From: an uncultured Chloroflexia bacterium | GTDB taxonomy: Bacteria > Chloroflexota > Limnocylindria > Limnocylindrales > CSP1-4 | Assembly (NCBI GenBank): GCA_963819655.1 | Contig: CAWFXA010000002.1 | Location: 1,504,001-1,568,000, forward strand | DNA length: 64,000 nucleotides | Direction: 5' to 3' | Part shown: piece after piece, positions 19,603 through 30,641 of the stretch | Layout: each line of letters begins with the position of its first letter | Position numbering within the stretch: the first letter of the stretch is position 1 | Translations under genes and position numbers: made by a program | Notes under the pieces: generated by a model | Told to the model about the DNA's origin: nothing | Database searches by the model: none | Seen by the model: only the letters and a program-made list of their open reading frames with translations

Positions 19603-20007
19603 TTGGTGGGCCTGATCCTCGTCTCCCACAGCGGCATGCTCGTCGACGGTCTGCGCGACATGGTCGCCCAGGTGGCCGGCGCCGACGTCCCCGTGGCGAC
19701 CGCCGGTGGGACCGAGGATGGACGCCTCGGCACCAGCGCTCCACGTATCGCCGAGGCCGTCCGCTTCGTCCTCGACCGCGCCGACGATGCAGTGGTGCTG
19801 CTCGACCTGGGCAGCGCCGCCTTGAGCCTCGAGCTTGCGCTCGAGGACCTGACCAGCACCGATCGACAACGGATCCGCGTCACTGAGGCGCCGCTCGTCG
19901 AGGGCGCGGTCCTCGCCGCGGTCCAGGCCAGCGTCGGCGCCACGATCGACGAAGTCGTTGCGGCGGCCGAGTCGGCCGCGACGATGCCCAAGCTGCCACG
20001 GACGTGA
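19603..20007 (+). CDS. dhaM: dihydroxyacetone kinase phosphotransfer subunit DhaM (EIIA-Man-like)
   Basis: VGLILVSHS, AGGTEDGRLGTS, LLDLGSA, APLVEGA; AAAGGAGG RBS. Confidence 0.93.
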   Translation: MVGLILVSHSGMLVDGLRDMVAQVAGADVPVATAGGTEDGRLGTSAPRIAEAVRFVLDRADDAVVLLDLGSAALSLELALEDLTSTDRQRIRVTEAPLVEGAVLAAVQASVGATIDEVVAAAESAATMPKLPRT

Positions 20008-20279
20008 CGATGTCGGAGATCCGCCTCGTCGTCATCGACCCCGCCGGGCTCCACGCCCGGCCTGCCGCGCGGTTCGTCCAGGCGGCGACGCGTTTCACGA
20101 GTCGGATCGTCCTCCGTCAGGACGGTCGGGAAGCCGACGCGAAGAGCCTCATCGCCCTACTCGGGCTGACGATCCGACCGTCGTCCGAGATCACCCTCAC
20201 GGCCGATGGCCCTGATGCCGACGCCGCCCTGGCCGCCCTGCAGGCGGAGCTCGCCCCGTACGTCAGCCAGGCCGGCTGA
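20004..20279 (+). CDS. ptsH: HPr phosphocarrier protein
   Basis: GLHARPAA (His15) and ADAKSLIALL (Ser46). Confidence 0.93.
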   Translation: MTMSEIRLVVIDPAGLHARPAARFVQAATRFTSRIVLRQDGREADAKSLIALLGLTIRPSSEITLTADGPDADAALAALQAELAPYVSQAG

Positions 20280-20308
20280 CCCACCAGACTCCGAGGAGGT
20301 AGCACCGG

Positions 20309-21085
20309 ATGTCCCCGACCCTGCCCCAGAAGTTGACCGCCGAAGCCATCGGCACTGCGATCCTCGTCTTCATCGGCGCGGGCTCCGTGCCGCTCACCGT
20401 ATTCCTGACCGCTGGCGCCGGCGGCACCGGCATCGATGGCACCGCTGGTCTGTCGACCATCTCGTTCGCGTTCGCGTTCGCCATCTTCGCCGCGATCTAC
20501 TCGGTCGGCCACATCAGCGGATGCCACATCAACCCGGCCGTCACGATCGCGCTGCTGGCGACACGCAAGATCGACGCCGCGACCGCGGCCTCGTACATCG
20601 CTGCTCAGCTCGTCGGCGCGTTCATCGGTGCAGGGCTGACGTTCATCATCCTGACCGGCAACGACCCGCAGACCCTTGGGCTCGGCGCGGTCGGCGTCAA
20701 TGTGAATGCGGGCCTGCTCGTGGGATTCGCGGCCGAGGTCATCGGCACGGCGATCCTCGTGTTCACGGTCTTCGGGGCCGCAGTCAGCGGCAAGGCGCCG
20801 TCCGGTTTCGCCGGCCTCGCCATCGGGTTCATCGTGTACGGGATCATCATCCTCGTCGGCCCGATCACCGGTGCGGCGCTCAACCCGGCCCGCCAGATCG
20901 GACCCGACATCCTCGAGATGCTCATCGGCGGCGCAGCCCCGGCGTGGGATGCGCTGGCCCTCGTGTATATCGCCGGGCCGATCGTCGGCGGTCTTGTCGG
21001 CGGCTTCCTGTACGAGTTCATCGGACGCGAAGTGACCGCACCCGCTCGCTCGACGACCGTCGCTGAGGCCCGTGCCGAGGGGTAG
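20309..21085 (+). CDS. MIP-family channel (aquaporin/glycerol facilitator)
   Basis: [10 protein letters not shown] and [11 protein letters not shown] boxes; six transmembrane segments. Confidence 0.95.
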   Translation: MSPTLPQKLTAEAIGTAILVFIGAGSVPLTVFLTAGAGGTGIDGTAGLSTISFAFAFAIFAAIYSVGHISGCHINPAVTIALLATRKIDAATAASYIAAQLVGAFIGAGLTFIILTGNDPQTLGLGAVGVNVNAGLLVGFAAEVIGTAILVFTVFGAAVSGKAPSGFAGLAIGFIVYGIIILVGPITGAALNPARQIGPDILEMLIGGAAPAWDALALVYIAGPIVGGLVGGFLYEFIGREVTAPARSTTVAEARAEG

Positions 21086-21144
21086 CCCCGACGCCCTGCC
21101 GATCGTTCGCGACTCCACAAACTGACCCGAGGAGGATCCATCCG

Positions 21145-22167
21145 ATGGCGACCAACACACCCACCCGGGTGAAGAAGCTCTTCAACGCGATCGAGGACAT
21201 CGTCCCTGAGAGCCTCCGTGGCCTCGAGGCGGCGCATCCCGACCTGGTCAAGGTGGACCTGAGCCAGAACCTCGTCCTCCGCGCCGGAGGGCCGAAGCAA
21301 GGCAAGGTCGCCCTGATCTCGGGCGGTGGGTCCGGTCACGAACCGATGCATGGCGGCTTCGTCGGCCTGGGCATGCTGGACGCGGCCGCAGCCGGCAATG
21401 TCTTCACGTCGCCCGTGCCGGACCAGATGGAGGCTGCGACCCGCGCCGTCGACGGCGGCGCTGGCGTGCTGCACATCGTCAAGAACTACACCGGCGACGT
21501 CCTGAACTTCCAGCTCGCGGCCGAGCTCGTCGGCGGCGACATCGAGGTGGCGACCGTCGTCACCAACGATGACGTCGCCGTCCAGGACTCGCTGTACACG
21601 GCCGGACGCCGTGGCGTCGGGGTCACGGTCCTCCTCGAGAAGATCGCCGGCGCCCATGCCGAGGCCGGCGGGTCGCTCGCCGACGTGGCGGCGACGGCCA
21701 CCAAGGTCAACGACCAGGGCAAGTCGATGGGTCTCGCGCTGACATCGTGCGTCGTCCCCGCCGCGGGCACGCCGACGTTCGACCTGCCCGACGACGAGGT
21801 CGAGGTCGGTATCGGCATCCACGGCGAGCCGGGCCGCCGCCGCGAGAAGCTGGCGCCCGTCGATGACATGGCCGAGTGGCTGGTCGCGCCGATCGTCTCC
21901 GATCTTGGACTCAGCCGCGGCGATACGGTGCTTGCATTCGTCAACGGCATGGGCGGCACGCCGCTCATCGAGCTCTACGTGGCGTTCAACAGCGTCGCGA
22001 AGATCCTCGGCGGGCAGGGCATCTCGATCGGGCGCTCGCTCGTCGGGAACTACATCACCAGCCTCGAGATGGCCGGGTTCTCGGTGACCCTGCTGCGGCT
22101 CGACGATGAGCTCACCCGATGGTGGGATGCCCCGGTGCACACACCGGCCCTACGCTGGAAGGTCTGA
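21145..22167 (+). CDS. dhaK: dihydroxyacetone kinase subunit DhaK
   Basis: [41 protein letters not shown]. Confidence 0.96.
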   Translation: MATNTPTRVKKLFNAIEDIVPESLRGLEAAHPDLVKVDLSQNLVLRAGGPKQGKVALISGGGSGHEPMHGGFVGLGMLDAAAAGNVFTSPVPDQMEAATRAVDGGAGVLHIVKNYTGDVLNFQLAAELVGGDIEVATVVTNDDVAVQDSLYTAGRRGVGVTVLLEKIAGAHAEAGGSLADVAATATKVNDQGKSMGLALTSCVVPAAGTPTFDLPDDEVEVGIGIHGEPGRRREKLAPVDDMAEWLVAPIVSDLGLSRGDTVLAFVNGMGGTPLIELYVAFNSVAKILGGQGISIGRSLVGNYITSLEMAGFSVTLLRLDDELTRWWDAPVHTPALRWKV

Positions 22168-22185
22168 CAGACCCGCTCGACGCGA

Positions 22186-22224
22186 GCGGCCGCCGCACCG
22201 TCCTCCCTCAGGTGCGGCGGCCGC
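22186..22224 (+). terminator. 14-bp perfect GC stem-loop after dhaK (terminator or mRNA stabiliser)
   Basis: GCGGCCGCCGCACC-N11-GGTGCGGCGGCCGC; no U-tract; possible internal promoter TTTCAC-17-TAGACT at 22242-22270 follows. Confidence 0.55.
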
Positions 22225-22303
22225 CGCCAAACCCGCATACCTTTCACGCGTTCGCGCCGCCTTCTAGACTCGGGCGCGACCGCCGCCGTCAAGGGATCCA
22301 TCC

Positions 22304-22954
22304 ATGATCGACGTCATCGATGCCTGGCTCCGCCTGGCCGCCACTCGCCTGCACGATCAGGCAGCGATCCTGACCAAGCTCGATCAGGCCATCGGCGATG
22401 GGGACCACGGCACCAACATGGACCGCGGGTTTAGCGCGATCGTCACGATGCTCGACAGCGAACCGCCTGCGGGCGACGGCCAACTGGCCGTCGGCGGCGC
22501 ACGTCTGCGGACTGCCGGGCGGACGCTGATCAGCACCGTCGGCGGCGCCGCCGGACCGCTCTATGGCACCGCGTTCATGCGCGCCGGCGGGGCCATCGCC
22601 GCCTTGCCCGAAAAAACGCCCGGCAGCGTGGCCCTGGTCGCCGGTCTCGATGCGGCGATCGGCGGGGTCCAGTCGCTCGGCAAGGGCGTGGCCGGCGAGA
22701 AGACCATGCTCGATGCATTGCTGCCCGCCCTCGCTGCCGGACGCGAGGCGTCCGACGCGGGCGACGACCCAGGCGCCCTGGTCCATTCCATGGCGGATGC
22801 CGCCGAAGCCGGGGCGGCCGCCACGATCCCGATGCTCGCCACCAAGGGTCGCGCGTCCTACCTGGGCGAGCGTTCGATCGGGCATCAGGACCCGGGAGCC
22901 ACCTCTGCCGCGCTCCTGTTGCGGGCGTTGGCCGATGTCGCCGGGGGCGAGTGA
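22304..22954 (+). CDS. dhaL: dihydroxyacetone kinase subunit DhaL
   Basis: LDQAIGDGDHGTNM, GGAAGPLYG, EKTMLDAL, KGRASYLGERSIGHQDPGA. Confidence 0.96.
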   Translation: MIDVIDAWLRLAATRLHDQAAILTKLDQAIGDGDHGTNMDRGFSAIVTMLDSEPPAGDGQLAVGGARLRTAGRTLISTVGGAAGPLYGTAFMRAGGAIAALPEKTPGSVALVAGLDAAIGGVQSLGKGVAGEKTMLDALLPALAAGREASDAGDDPGALVHSMADAAEAGAAATIPMLATKGRASYLGERSIGHQDPGATSAALLLRALADVAGGE

Positions 22955-22958
22955 TCCG

Positions 22959-24758
22959 ATGGAGCGAACGGTGGCGCGGACCGTGGCCCGAGCCCGAGCC
23001 CGAGCCGCGACCGGGGCCTGGACGCCTGGCCCGGTGCTCGTCGGTCGGCCCGGTGCGCCGGGTGTCGGGGTCGGGCGTGCCCTGGTCGTCGAGCCGCCTG
23101 GTGGCGGGGGCTCAGGCGCGGCCGGGGTGGGCGCGAGCCCGATCGGCGCGGACGCCGTGGGCGTGCCCGCCGTGGGCGTGCCCGCCGATCCCGCAGCGGA
23201 GGCCGACCGACTCCGGGCGGCGCTCGAGAGGGCCGCCACAGAGCTGACGGACCTCGCCGATGAGACGACGACGCGTGCCGGTGAGGACGTCGGGGCGATC
23301 TTCGTGGCGCAAGCCCTGTTCGCGCGTGATCCGGGAATCGTGGATCCGACGCTCGACGAGATCTCGGCCGGCATCCCGGCCGCGGACGCGATCATCAGCG
23401 TGACGGCCCGGCATGCCGACAGCCTGGCCGGTGTCGACGACGACTACTTTCGGGAGCGCGCCGCCGACGTGCGCGACATCGGCCGACGGGTCGCCGCGCT
23501 CCTTCGCGGTGAACGACGTCCGGACCTGTGGCACGCGGACGGTCATCCGGCAGTGCTGATCGCCGCCGACCTCGATCCATCGGTGGTCGCGTCCCTGCGT
23601 CGAGAGCTTGTCGCAGGCATCGCGACGGCGGGTGGGACATCGACCGGCCATGCGGCGATCGTCGCGCGTGCACTCGGCATCCCGCTCGTCCTCGGGCTCG
23701 GCGAAGGGATCTCGGCCGTGTCGAATGGCATCGAAGTGGCGGTCGAAGGATCGACCGGCCGACTTCTCGTTGATCCCGGGCCGGAAACCCTGGCAGCGCT
23801 CCGATCGGCTGCGACCTCAGCGCCGGTGGCCGGCGCAGACCGCGCGTCCACGCACGGCGTGGCGGTCATGGCCAACGTCTCGTCGCCCCTCGAGGCGGCG
23901 GCCGCCGGCCAGGCCGAGGCAGACGGCATCGGACTCGTCCGGACAGAGCTCCTGTTCCTGGGTCGACACACGCCCCCGACCGTCGATGAACAGCGAGCGA
24001 CCTACGCGCACATCCGAGCCAAGTTCGGCGATCGGCCGATCGTGTTCCGAACGCTTGACGTCGGTGGCGACAAGCCGGCGTCGTGGCAGCACGGGCCTGC
24101 CGAGACGAATCCCGCCCTGGGAGTGCGAGGCGTCCGACTCGGTCAGCGTCAGCCCGACCTGCTCGACGATCAGCTCCGCGCGCTCGTCGAGGCGGCGAGC
24201 GAGGACGAGCTGCGGGTCATGGTCCCGATGGTCGCGACTCGCGAGGAGCTCGACGATGTGAGATCGCGGCTCGACGCGGTCGTCACAACCGTTTCCGCCT
24301 CGACCGGCGTCCGTCCGCGGGCGATACGGCTCGGGGTCATGATCGAGGTGCCTGCCGCGGCGGTCATGGCTGACGTGTTCGCGGAAGCGGCGGACTTTCT
24401 GTCGATCGGGACCAACGACCTTGTCCAGTACGTGCTCGCGGCCGACCGGACAAATCCCGACCTCGGTGATCTCGCTTCACCCCTGCAACCGGCGATCTTG
24501 CGGCTGATCGACAGCGTGGTCCAGGCGGCGCGCCTCCACGGACGACACGTCGCCGTCTGCGGGGAGGCGGCTGGGGATCCCGCGGTCGTGCCGCTGCTCC
24601 TTGGGCTGGGCGTGGAGGAGCTGAGCGTTACCCCTGCGGCGATCGCATCTGTTCGCAGCACGCTTGCCGGGCTAGACCCATCCGTTTGCGAGGCCCTCGC
24701 CAAGCGTGCCCTGAGCGCCCGGTCGCTGGCCGAGGTGCGGGCGCTGCTCGAGGGCTAG
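22959..24758 (+). CDS. ptsI: PEP-protein phosphotransferase (PTS enzyme I)
   Basis: YFRERAADVRD, GHAAIVARALGIP, GIGLVRTELLF, RTLDVGGDK, NPALGVRGVR, SIGTNDL.QY, VCGE. Confidence 0.93.
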   Translation: MERTVARTVARARARAATGAWTPGPVLVGRPGAPGVGVGRALVVEPPGGGGSGAAGVGASPIGADAVGVPAVGVPADPAAEADRLRAALERAATELTDLADETTTRAGEDVGAIFVAQALFARDPGIVDPTLDEISAGIPAADAIISVTARHADSLAGVDDDYFRERAADVRDIGRRVAALLRGERRPDLWHADGHPAVLIAADLDPSVVASLRRELVAGIATAGGTSTGHAAIVARALGIPLVLGLGEGISAVSNGIEVAVEGSTGRLLVDPGPETLAALRSAATSAPVAGADRASTHGVAVMANVSSPLEAAAAGQAEADGIGLVRTELLFLGRHTPPTVDEQRATYAHIRAKFGDRPIVFRTLDVGGDKPASWQHGPAETNPALGVRGVRLGQRQPDLLDDQLRALVEAASEDELRVMVPMVATREELDDVRSRLDAVVTTVSASTGVRPRAIRLGVMIEVPAAAVMADVFAEAADFLSIGTNDLVQYVLAADRTNPDLGDLASPLQPAILRLIDSVVQAARLHGRHVAVCGEAAGDPAVVPLLLGLGVEELSVTPAAIASVRSTLAGLDPSVCEALAKRALSARSLAEVRALLEG

Positions 24759-25531
24759 CGTCCGACCGTTACGCCCCGTGGCGGTCGATCGAGGATCGTG
24801 GCGAGGTCGCCGCGGACATCGGCCCAAAGGATTCCGTCGCCGGGCCAGGGCCGATCAGCCTCGGTGATCGCCCGGAAGACGGCGCGGGCGGGTGCCGGAT
24901 AGGCGGCAGCGAGGGTCGCACCAAACCTCGTTGCGATCTCGCGGTTCGAACGGGTCGAGCGGACGACCAGCAGGCGATCGATGCTCGGCGTATCGCCCAT
25001 CCGATCCCAGAACGGCGCTGACGGGAGCGCGAGCGCCTTTTCGTTCGCCCATCGGATGAGCTGTTCGAGCCGTCGCAGCTCCGACTGGATCTCGGTGCAG
25101 ATCGCGACCGTCGGGGGTCGATCGAGCAGCACCAGATCGATGAATCCGCGGGCCGGTCGAACGACGGGAACTTCGAGCATTCGATCCCAGCGTGGGTTCA
25201 GGATGCGTAGCAATGCTTCCCCGATCCGCGCCTGGATCGGATCTCGAAGGCGCGGGCCGGCGCCCGGAAACAGGCGAATGCTGGCGTCAGCTCCGAGCGC
25301 GGTCGCGATTGCCGTCAGTGCAGTGATGCTTGGCTCTCGCAGGCCGCGCTCGATCAGTGAAAGGAAGCCGTGGTCGATACCCGCTGCGACCGACAACTCG
25401 CGCTGTGTGGCGCCCGAGTCTTCGCGCATCTGTCGGATGTCCGCACCGATCCGGATGCGGAGGTCCCTTGCCCGCCGGCCCACAAGCGTCTGCGATGTGC
25501 GGCGCGGTCGAACGATCCGTGGCGTCGACAT
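24755..25531 (-). CDS. XRE-family HTH protein fused to a PD-(D/E)XK-like nuclease domain
   Basis: IRQMREDSGATQRELSVAAGIDHGFLSLIERGLREPS (XRE HTH); LEVP...GFIDLVLLD...ICTEIQSEL (E...D...ExQ core, Q at the usual K position). Confidence 0.75.
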   Translation of the reverse strand: MSTPRIVRPRRTSQTLVGRRARDLRIRIGADIRQMREDSGATQRELSVAAGIDHGFLSLIERGLREPSITALTAIATALGADASIRLFPGAGPRLRDPIQARIGEALLRILNPRWDRMLEVPVVRPARGFIDLVLLDRPPTVAICTEIQSELRRLEQLIRWANEKALALPSAPFWDRMGDTPSIDRLLVVRSTRSNREIATRFGATLAAAYPAPARAVFRAITEADRPWPGDGILWADVRGDLATILDRPPRGVTVGR

Positions 25532-25620
25532 GAGCCTGATTTGATCAGGTGGCGCTCAACGGCGGCTTATCTGACGCGACGAATAGCGCCACGCGGGCTT
25601 GCGGCTGCTGACATTCGGCT

Positions 25621-25938
25621 GCTGACCGTCGGTCAACGTTTCCGGCGTGGAGCGGGTCTTTACGGTGCGAGGTCGCATGTTTGTTGACCGTCAGACACCA
25701 TCGAGCCAGCGACCACCTGCTGTGCTGACCGTCGGTCAACGCGTGAGCGGGGTGAGGCGAGTCGGGCGTCGGGTGCGCACCCACGCGCCGCAAAACGTTG
25801 ACCGTCGGTCAGCAGGGCCGGGAGTAGAGGGCGCTCCTCAGGCCAGACGACGCCAAATCGTTGACCGTCGGTCAGCAGGGTCGGGGCGTAGCACGCGATC
25901 TCGGGGCTGGACGACTCAACCGTTGACCGTCGGTCAAC
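25621..25938. repeat. array of six palindromes, core TGACCGTCGGTCA
   Basis: Cores start at 25623, 25685 (degenerate TGACCGTCAGACA), 25726, 25799, 25862 and 25924; extended consensus GYTGACCGTCGGTCARC. Confidence 0.92.
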
Positions 25939-25991
25939 AGCGCGGCGCAAATGGACTGGTGGCCCTGCGTGCGGCCCCGCCACCGCGGTAC

Positions 25992-26028
25992 CGAACGGAT
26001 GGTCTAAATAGGGCTCACGGCCTATACT
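25992..26028 (+). promoter_or_regulatory. lhr promoter with possible LexA (GAAC-N4-GTTC-type) box
   Basis: CGAAC-GGAT-GGTC at 25992-26004 (one mismatch) overlaps the -35 position of TATACT at 26023-26028. Confidence 0.45.
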
Positions 26029-26037
26029 CGCTTGTCC

Positions 26038-29000
26038 GTGGCAAGCTCCGTCGTCGCCGATCCGCTCGCACCCTTCTCGCCCGCCGTTCGGGCCTGGTTC
26101 GAAGCGAGCTTCGAGGCCCCGACCGAAGCCCAGTCCCGCGGCTGGGCGGCAATCGCCCGCGGCGACCACACCCTGATCCACGCCCCGACCGGCAGCGGCA
26201 AGACCCTCGCCGCCTTCCTGTACGCGCTGGACCGCCTCGCCCGCGACCCGAGCCCGCCGGCAACACGAGAGAACCCGGGCCACGTCCGGGTCCTCTACAT
26301 CTCCCCGTTGAAGGCCCTGACATACGACGTGGAACGCAACCTGAGGGCGCCACTCACCGGCATCGGCCTTGCCGCGCAAAAGCTCGGCGACGAGCCGCCG
26401 CGGATCACCGTTGCGAGCCGGACCGGCGACACCCCCAGTGAGGACCGTCGCGAGATCGCCCGCCGACCGCCCGACATCCTCATCACCACCCCCGAGAGCC
26501 TGTACCTGCTGCTCACGAGCCAGGCACGCGAGATCCTGCGCAACGTCGAACACGTGATCGTCGACGAGGTCCACGCGATCGCCGGCACGAAACGCGGCGC
26601 GCACCTCGCGCTGACCCTGGAACGTCTGGAGCACCTGCGCGACCCGGACCGGACGAAGCCGCCCCAGCGCATCGGCTTGTCAGCCACCCAACGGCCGCTC
26701 GACACGATCGCGCGCTTCCTGGGCGGCATCGGCCCGGACCGAGACGTCTCGATCGTGGACGCCGGCTCGCGGAAGCCGCTCGAGCTCGAGGTCGTCGTCC
26801 CGGTCGACGATATGGCGGCCATCGGCGAGGTGCTCCCGCAGGAGCAGCAGCCCGGTGGCCCGGCGATCAGCCCGGACTTGCGGACGAGCATCTGGCCGTC
26901 GATCCACCCGCGGATCCTCGAACTGATCCGCAGCCACAAGAGCACGATCGTCTTCACGAACAGCCGCCGCCTCAGCGAGCGCCTCGCGCAACGCCTCAAC
27001 GAGCTGGCCGGCGAGGATCTGGTCCGCGCCCACCACGGGAGCATCGCCCGCGAACAGCGCCTCGAGATCGAGGAGGAGCTCAAGGCCGGTCGACTCCCGG
27101 CGTTGGTCGCCACCAGCAGCCTCGAGCTCGGCATCGACATGGGCGCGGTGGACCTCGTCATCCAGGTCGAGAGCCCGACGTCGGTCGCCCGTGGGCTGCA
27201 GCGCGTCGGCCGTGCGGGCCACCAGGTCGGGGCCCCGAGCAAGGGCGTGATCTTCCCGAAGTACCGCGGCGACCTCCTCGAAGTCGCGGTCGTCACCCGG
27301 CGGATGCACGAGGGCCAGATCGAGCAGACCAGGATCCCGCGCAACCCGCTCGATGTCCTCGCCCAACAGATCGTGGCGATGACGGTGATGGACACGTGGA
27401 CCGGCGACGACCTGTTCCGGACAGTGACCAAAGCCTCTCCGTACGAGACCCTCACGCGCGACGTCATGGACGGCGTCCTCGGCATGCTCGCCGGCGCCTA
27501 CCCGTCCGACGAGTTCGCCGAGCTCAAGCCGCGCGTCGTATGGGACCGCGTCACCGACACGATCGAGGGTCGTCGCGACGCGCGCGTCGTTGCGGTGACG
27601 AGCGGCGGCACCATCCCGGACCGCGGCCTGTTCGGCGTCTTCATGGAGGGCGAGGCGGGGACCCCGGGCCGGCGCGTCGGCGAGCTCGACGAGGAGATGG
27701 TCTACGAGCTCCGAGCCGGGATGCACGGCGACGTCATCATCCTCGGGGCGAGCTCGTGGCGGGTCCTGGACATCGGGCACGATCGTGTCACGGTCTCGCC
27801 CGCACCCGGCGTCCCGGGCAAGCTGCCGTTCTGGAAGGGCGACGCCGTCGGTCGCCCGATCGAGCTCGGCCGCGCGCTCGGCGCGTTCATCGGGGAGCTC
27901 GAGGGCGATCTGCACCGTGGACCCAAGGGACGGGAGGCCGCCGCCCAGCGGCTCAAGGACCACCACGACCTCGACGACCGCGCCGCCGAGAACCTGCTCT
28001 CGTATCTCGAGGACGAGCGCGACGCGACCGGCGCCCTGCCGACCGACAAGCGCATCGTGGTCGAGCGGTTCCGCGACGAGCTCGGCGACTGGCGTCTGAC
28101 GCTCCTGTCGCCGTTCGGTGGCGCGGGTCCACGCGCCGTGGTCGCTCGCGATCGAGGCGCGGCTGCGCGACCGCCTCGGCATCGAGGTCCAGACGATCTG
28201 GTCGGACGACGGGATCGCGATCCGGCTGCCCGAAGGGGAGGGGAGCCTCGACGGCATCGAGGAGCTGCTCTTCCCGGCGTCCGAGGACGTCGAGGACCTG
28301 GTCGTCGGCCAGGTCGCCAACTCGGCGCTGTTCGCGAGCAGATTCCGCGAGAACGCCGCGCGGGCCCTGCTTCTGCCGCGCCGTCGGCCTGGGACACGGA
28401 CGCCGCTGTGGCAGCAGCGCCAGCGTGCGGCGGACCTGCTCGCGGTCGCGAGTCGCTACGGCAGCTTCCCGATCCTCGTCGAGACGTACCGCGAATGCCT
28501 GTCCGACGTTTTCGACCTCGACGCGCTGCGCGACATCCTTGGCGGCGTCGCCAGTCGCGAGATCGCGATCCATGGCGTCGAAACGCCGAAGGCCAGCCCG
28601 TTCGCGAGCAGCCTTCTGTTCGACTACGTGGCCGCGTACATGTACGAGGGCGACGCGCCGCTCGCCGAGCGCCGCGCCGGTGCGCTCACGCTCGATCGCG
28701 ACCTGCTGCGCGAGCTGCTCGGCCAGGAGGAGCTGCGCGAGCTGCTCGATCCGGAGGCGCTGGCCGACCTCGAGCTGTCGCTCCAGGCACTGACCGACGA
28801 TCGGCAGGCAACGACTGTCGACCAGGTCCACGACCTCCTTCGCCGGCTGGGCGATCTCTCGACGGATGAGGTGGCTGCGCGCGTCGCGGGCGGTGCGACG
28901 GCCGCCGCGTCCTGGCTCGACGAGCTGGCCGGCGCTCGCAGGGCGGTCAAAGTCCGGATCGCCCGCGACGAGCGCTGGATCGCGATCGAGGACGTCGCCC

Positions 29001-30620
29001 GGTACCGGGATGGCGTCGGTGTGACCGCCCCGGTCGGCGTGCCCGAGGCGTTCCTGGCACCGGCGGTCGCCGCCCTCGACGGCCTGCTTGCCCGCTTCGC
29101 GCGGACCCACGGGCCGTTCCTGACGCCCGAGCCGGCAGCCCGGTGGGGCCTGCCACTCGGCATCGTCGAGGACGCCCTCGAGCGGCTGCTCGCCGCCGGC
29201 ACGATCCTGCGCGGCGAGTTCCGGCCGGGCGGCGCGGAGCGCGAATGGTGCGATCCGGACGTCCTCCGGCTCCTGCGCCGACGCTCGCTGGCGCGTCTGC
29301 GACGAGAAGTGGAGCCGGTCGACCCAGCCGCGCTCGCACGGTTCCTGCCGGCGTGGCATGGGATCGCGCCGGTCGCGGGTCCCGGTGCGGAGCCGTCGCC
29401 CTTCCGCGGTTCGGCCGCCCTGGAGCGGCTGGCCGAGGTCGTCGACCAGCTCGCCGGCGTCGCCATCCCCGCGTCCGTGCTCGAGCGAGACGTGCTCCCG
29501 GCGCGCGTCCCGGGCTACACCGCCCGCCTGCTCGACGAGCTCGGCGCGATGGGCGAGGTGGCATGGGTCGGACGTGGGAGCCTCGGCCGAGACGACGGCC
29601 GCATCGCGCTCTACCGGCCCGGCCGCGACGCCCTGCGTCCGCCCGGCACCCTCGACGCGCAACGACGATCCGACCGCCCGACCCAGCGGCGAGCGCCACG
29701 AGCGGATCAGGCAACACCTTGCCGCGCGCGGTGCCAGCTTCTATCGAGCCATCCACGCCGCGGCCGGCGGCGGCTCGGACCGGGAGATGCTCGACGCGCT
29801 GTGGGACCTGGTCTGGGCGGGCGAGGTCACGAACGACACGTTCGCGCCGCTCCGAGCGCTGCGTTGGAAGCGACCATCCGGATCCGGACCGGGCGCCCGG
29901 CGCGGCCGGCCGGGACGGCTGACCGCTCTTGGCCCGCCAGAGGCAGCGGGCCGCTGGTCGCTGGTCGAACCGGTCGAGGACGTCGCACCGACGGAGCGCC
30001 TCCACGCACAGGCCCTCGCCCTGCTGGAGCGGCACGGGGTGCTGACGCGCGAGGCGGTCGCTGCGGAAGGCGTCGACGGCGGTTTTGCCGGGGTCTACCC
30101 GATCCTTCGGGCGCTCGAGGAGGGAGGCCGGATCAGGCGCGGCTATTTCGTCGATGGGTTGGGCGCCGCGCAGTTCGCGCTGGCCGGCGCTCTGGATCGA
30201 CTGCGCGCCGTGCGCGATGGCGACGAGGGATCGTCCGCACCGACCGTCCACGTTCTGGCCGCGGCCGATCCCGCCAACCCGTACGGGGCGGCTCTGCCAT
30301 GGCCGCGCCGCGGCGACGAGGATCGGCGCCCGTTCCAGCGCGCGGCGGGCGCGTATGTCGTCCTCGTCGACGGGATCGCGGCCCTCTACCTGGAACGCGG
30401 CGCCTCGACGATCCAGACGCTTCCGGCCGCCGACGATCCGGACGTCGCCCTGTCCGCGCTCCGTGGCCTGACTTCCCTGGTCCGCGGCGGACGGATCCGC
30501 GAGCTGGTCATCCGCAAGGTCGACGGCGCAGCCATCGGCGAGTCGCCATGGCGACCGGCCCTGCTTGAAGCCGGCTTCGCCGCCGGCTACCGCGGGCTCA
30601 CCCTGCGCGAGCCGCGCTGA
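26038..30620 (+). CDS. lhr: Lhr-family large DEAD/H helicase, frameshifted near 28120 and 29660
   Basis: APTGSGKT, YISPLKAL, TTPESL, VDEVH, GLSAT, ATSSLELGID, QRVGRAGH; C-terminal LWDLVWAGEVTND, RRGYFVDGLGAAQF, AADPANPYG across three ORFs. Confidence 0.92.
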
Positions 30621-30641
30621 CCACGGTCGTGCGTCACACCG

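Noticed and set aside
22980-23190. Short tandem repeats (GCCCGA x3, GCCGTGGGCGTGCCC x2) at the start of ptsI
   Set aside because: In-frame low-complexity linker sequence with no sign of phase variation
25621-25938. Canonical CRISPR array
   Set aside because: The conserved core is only 13-17 bp, spacing is irregular (41-73 bp), flanks switch orientation mid-array and no cas genes are present; reported as a palindrome array instead
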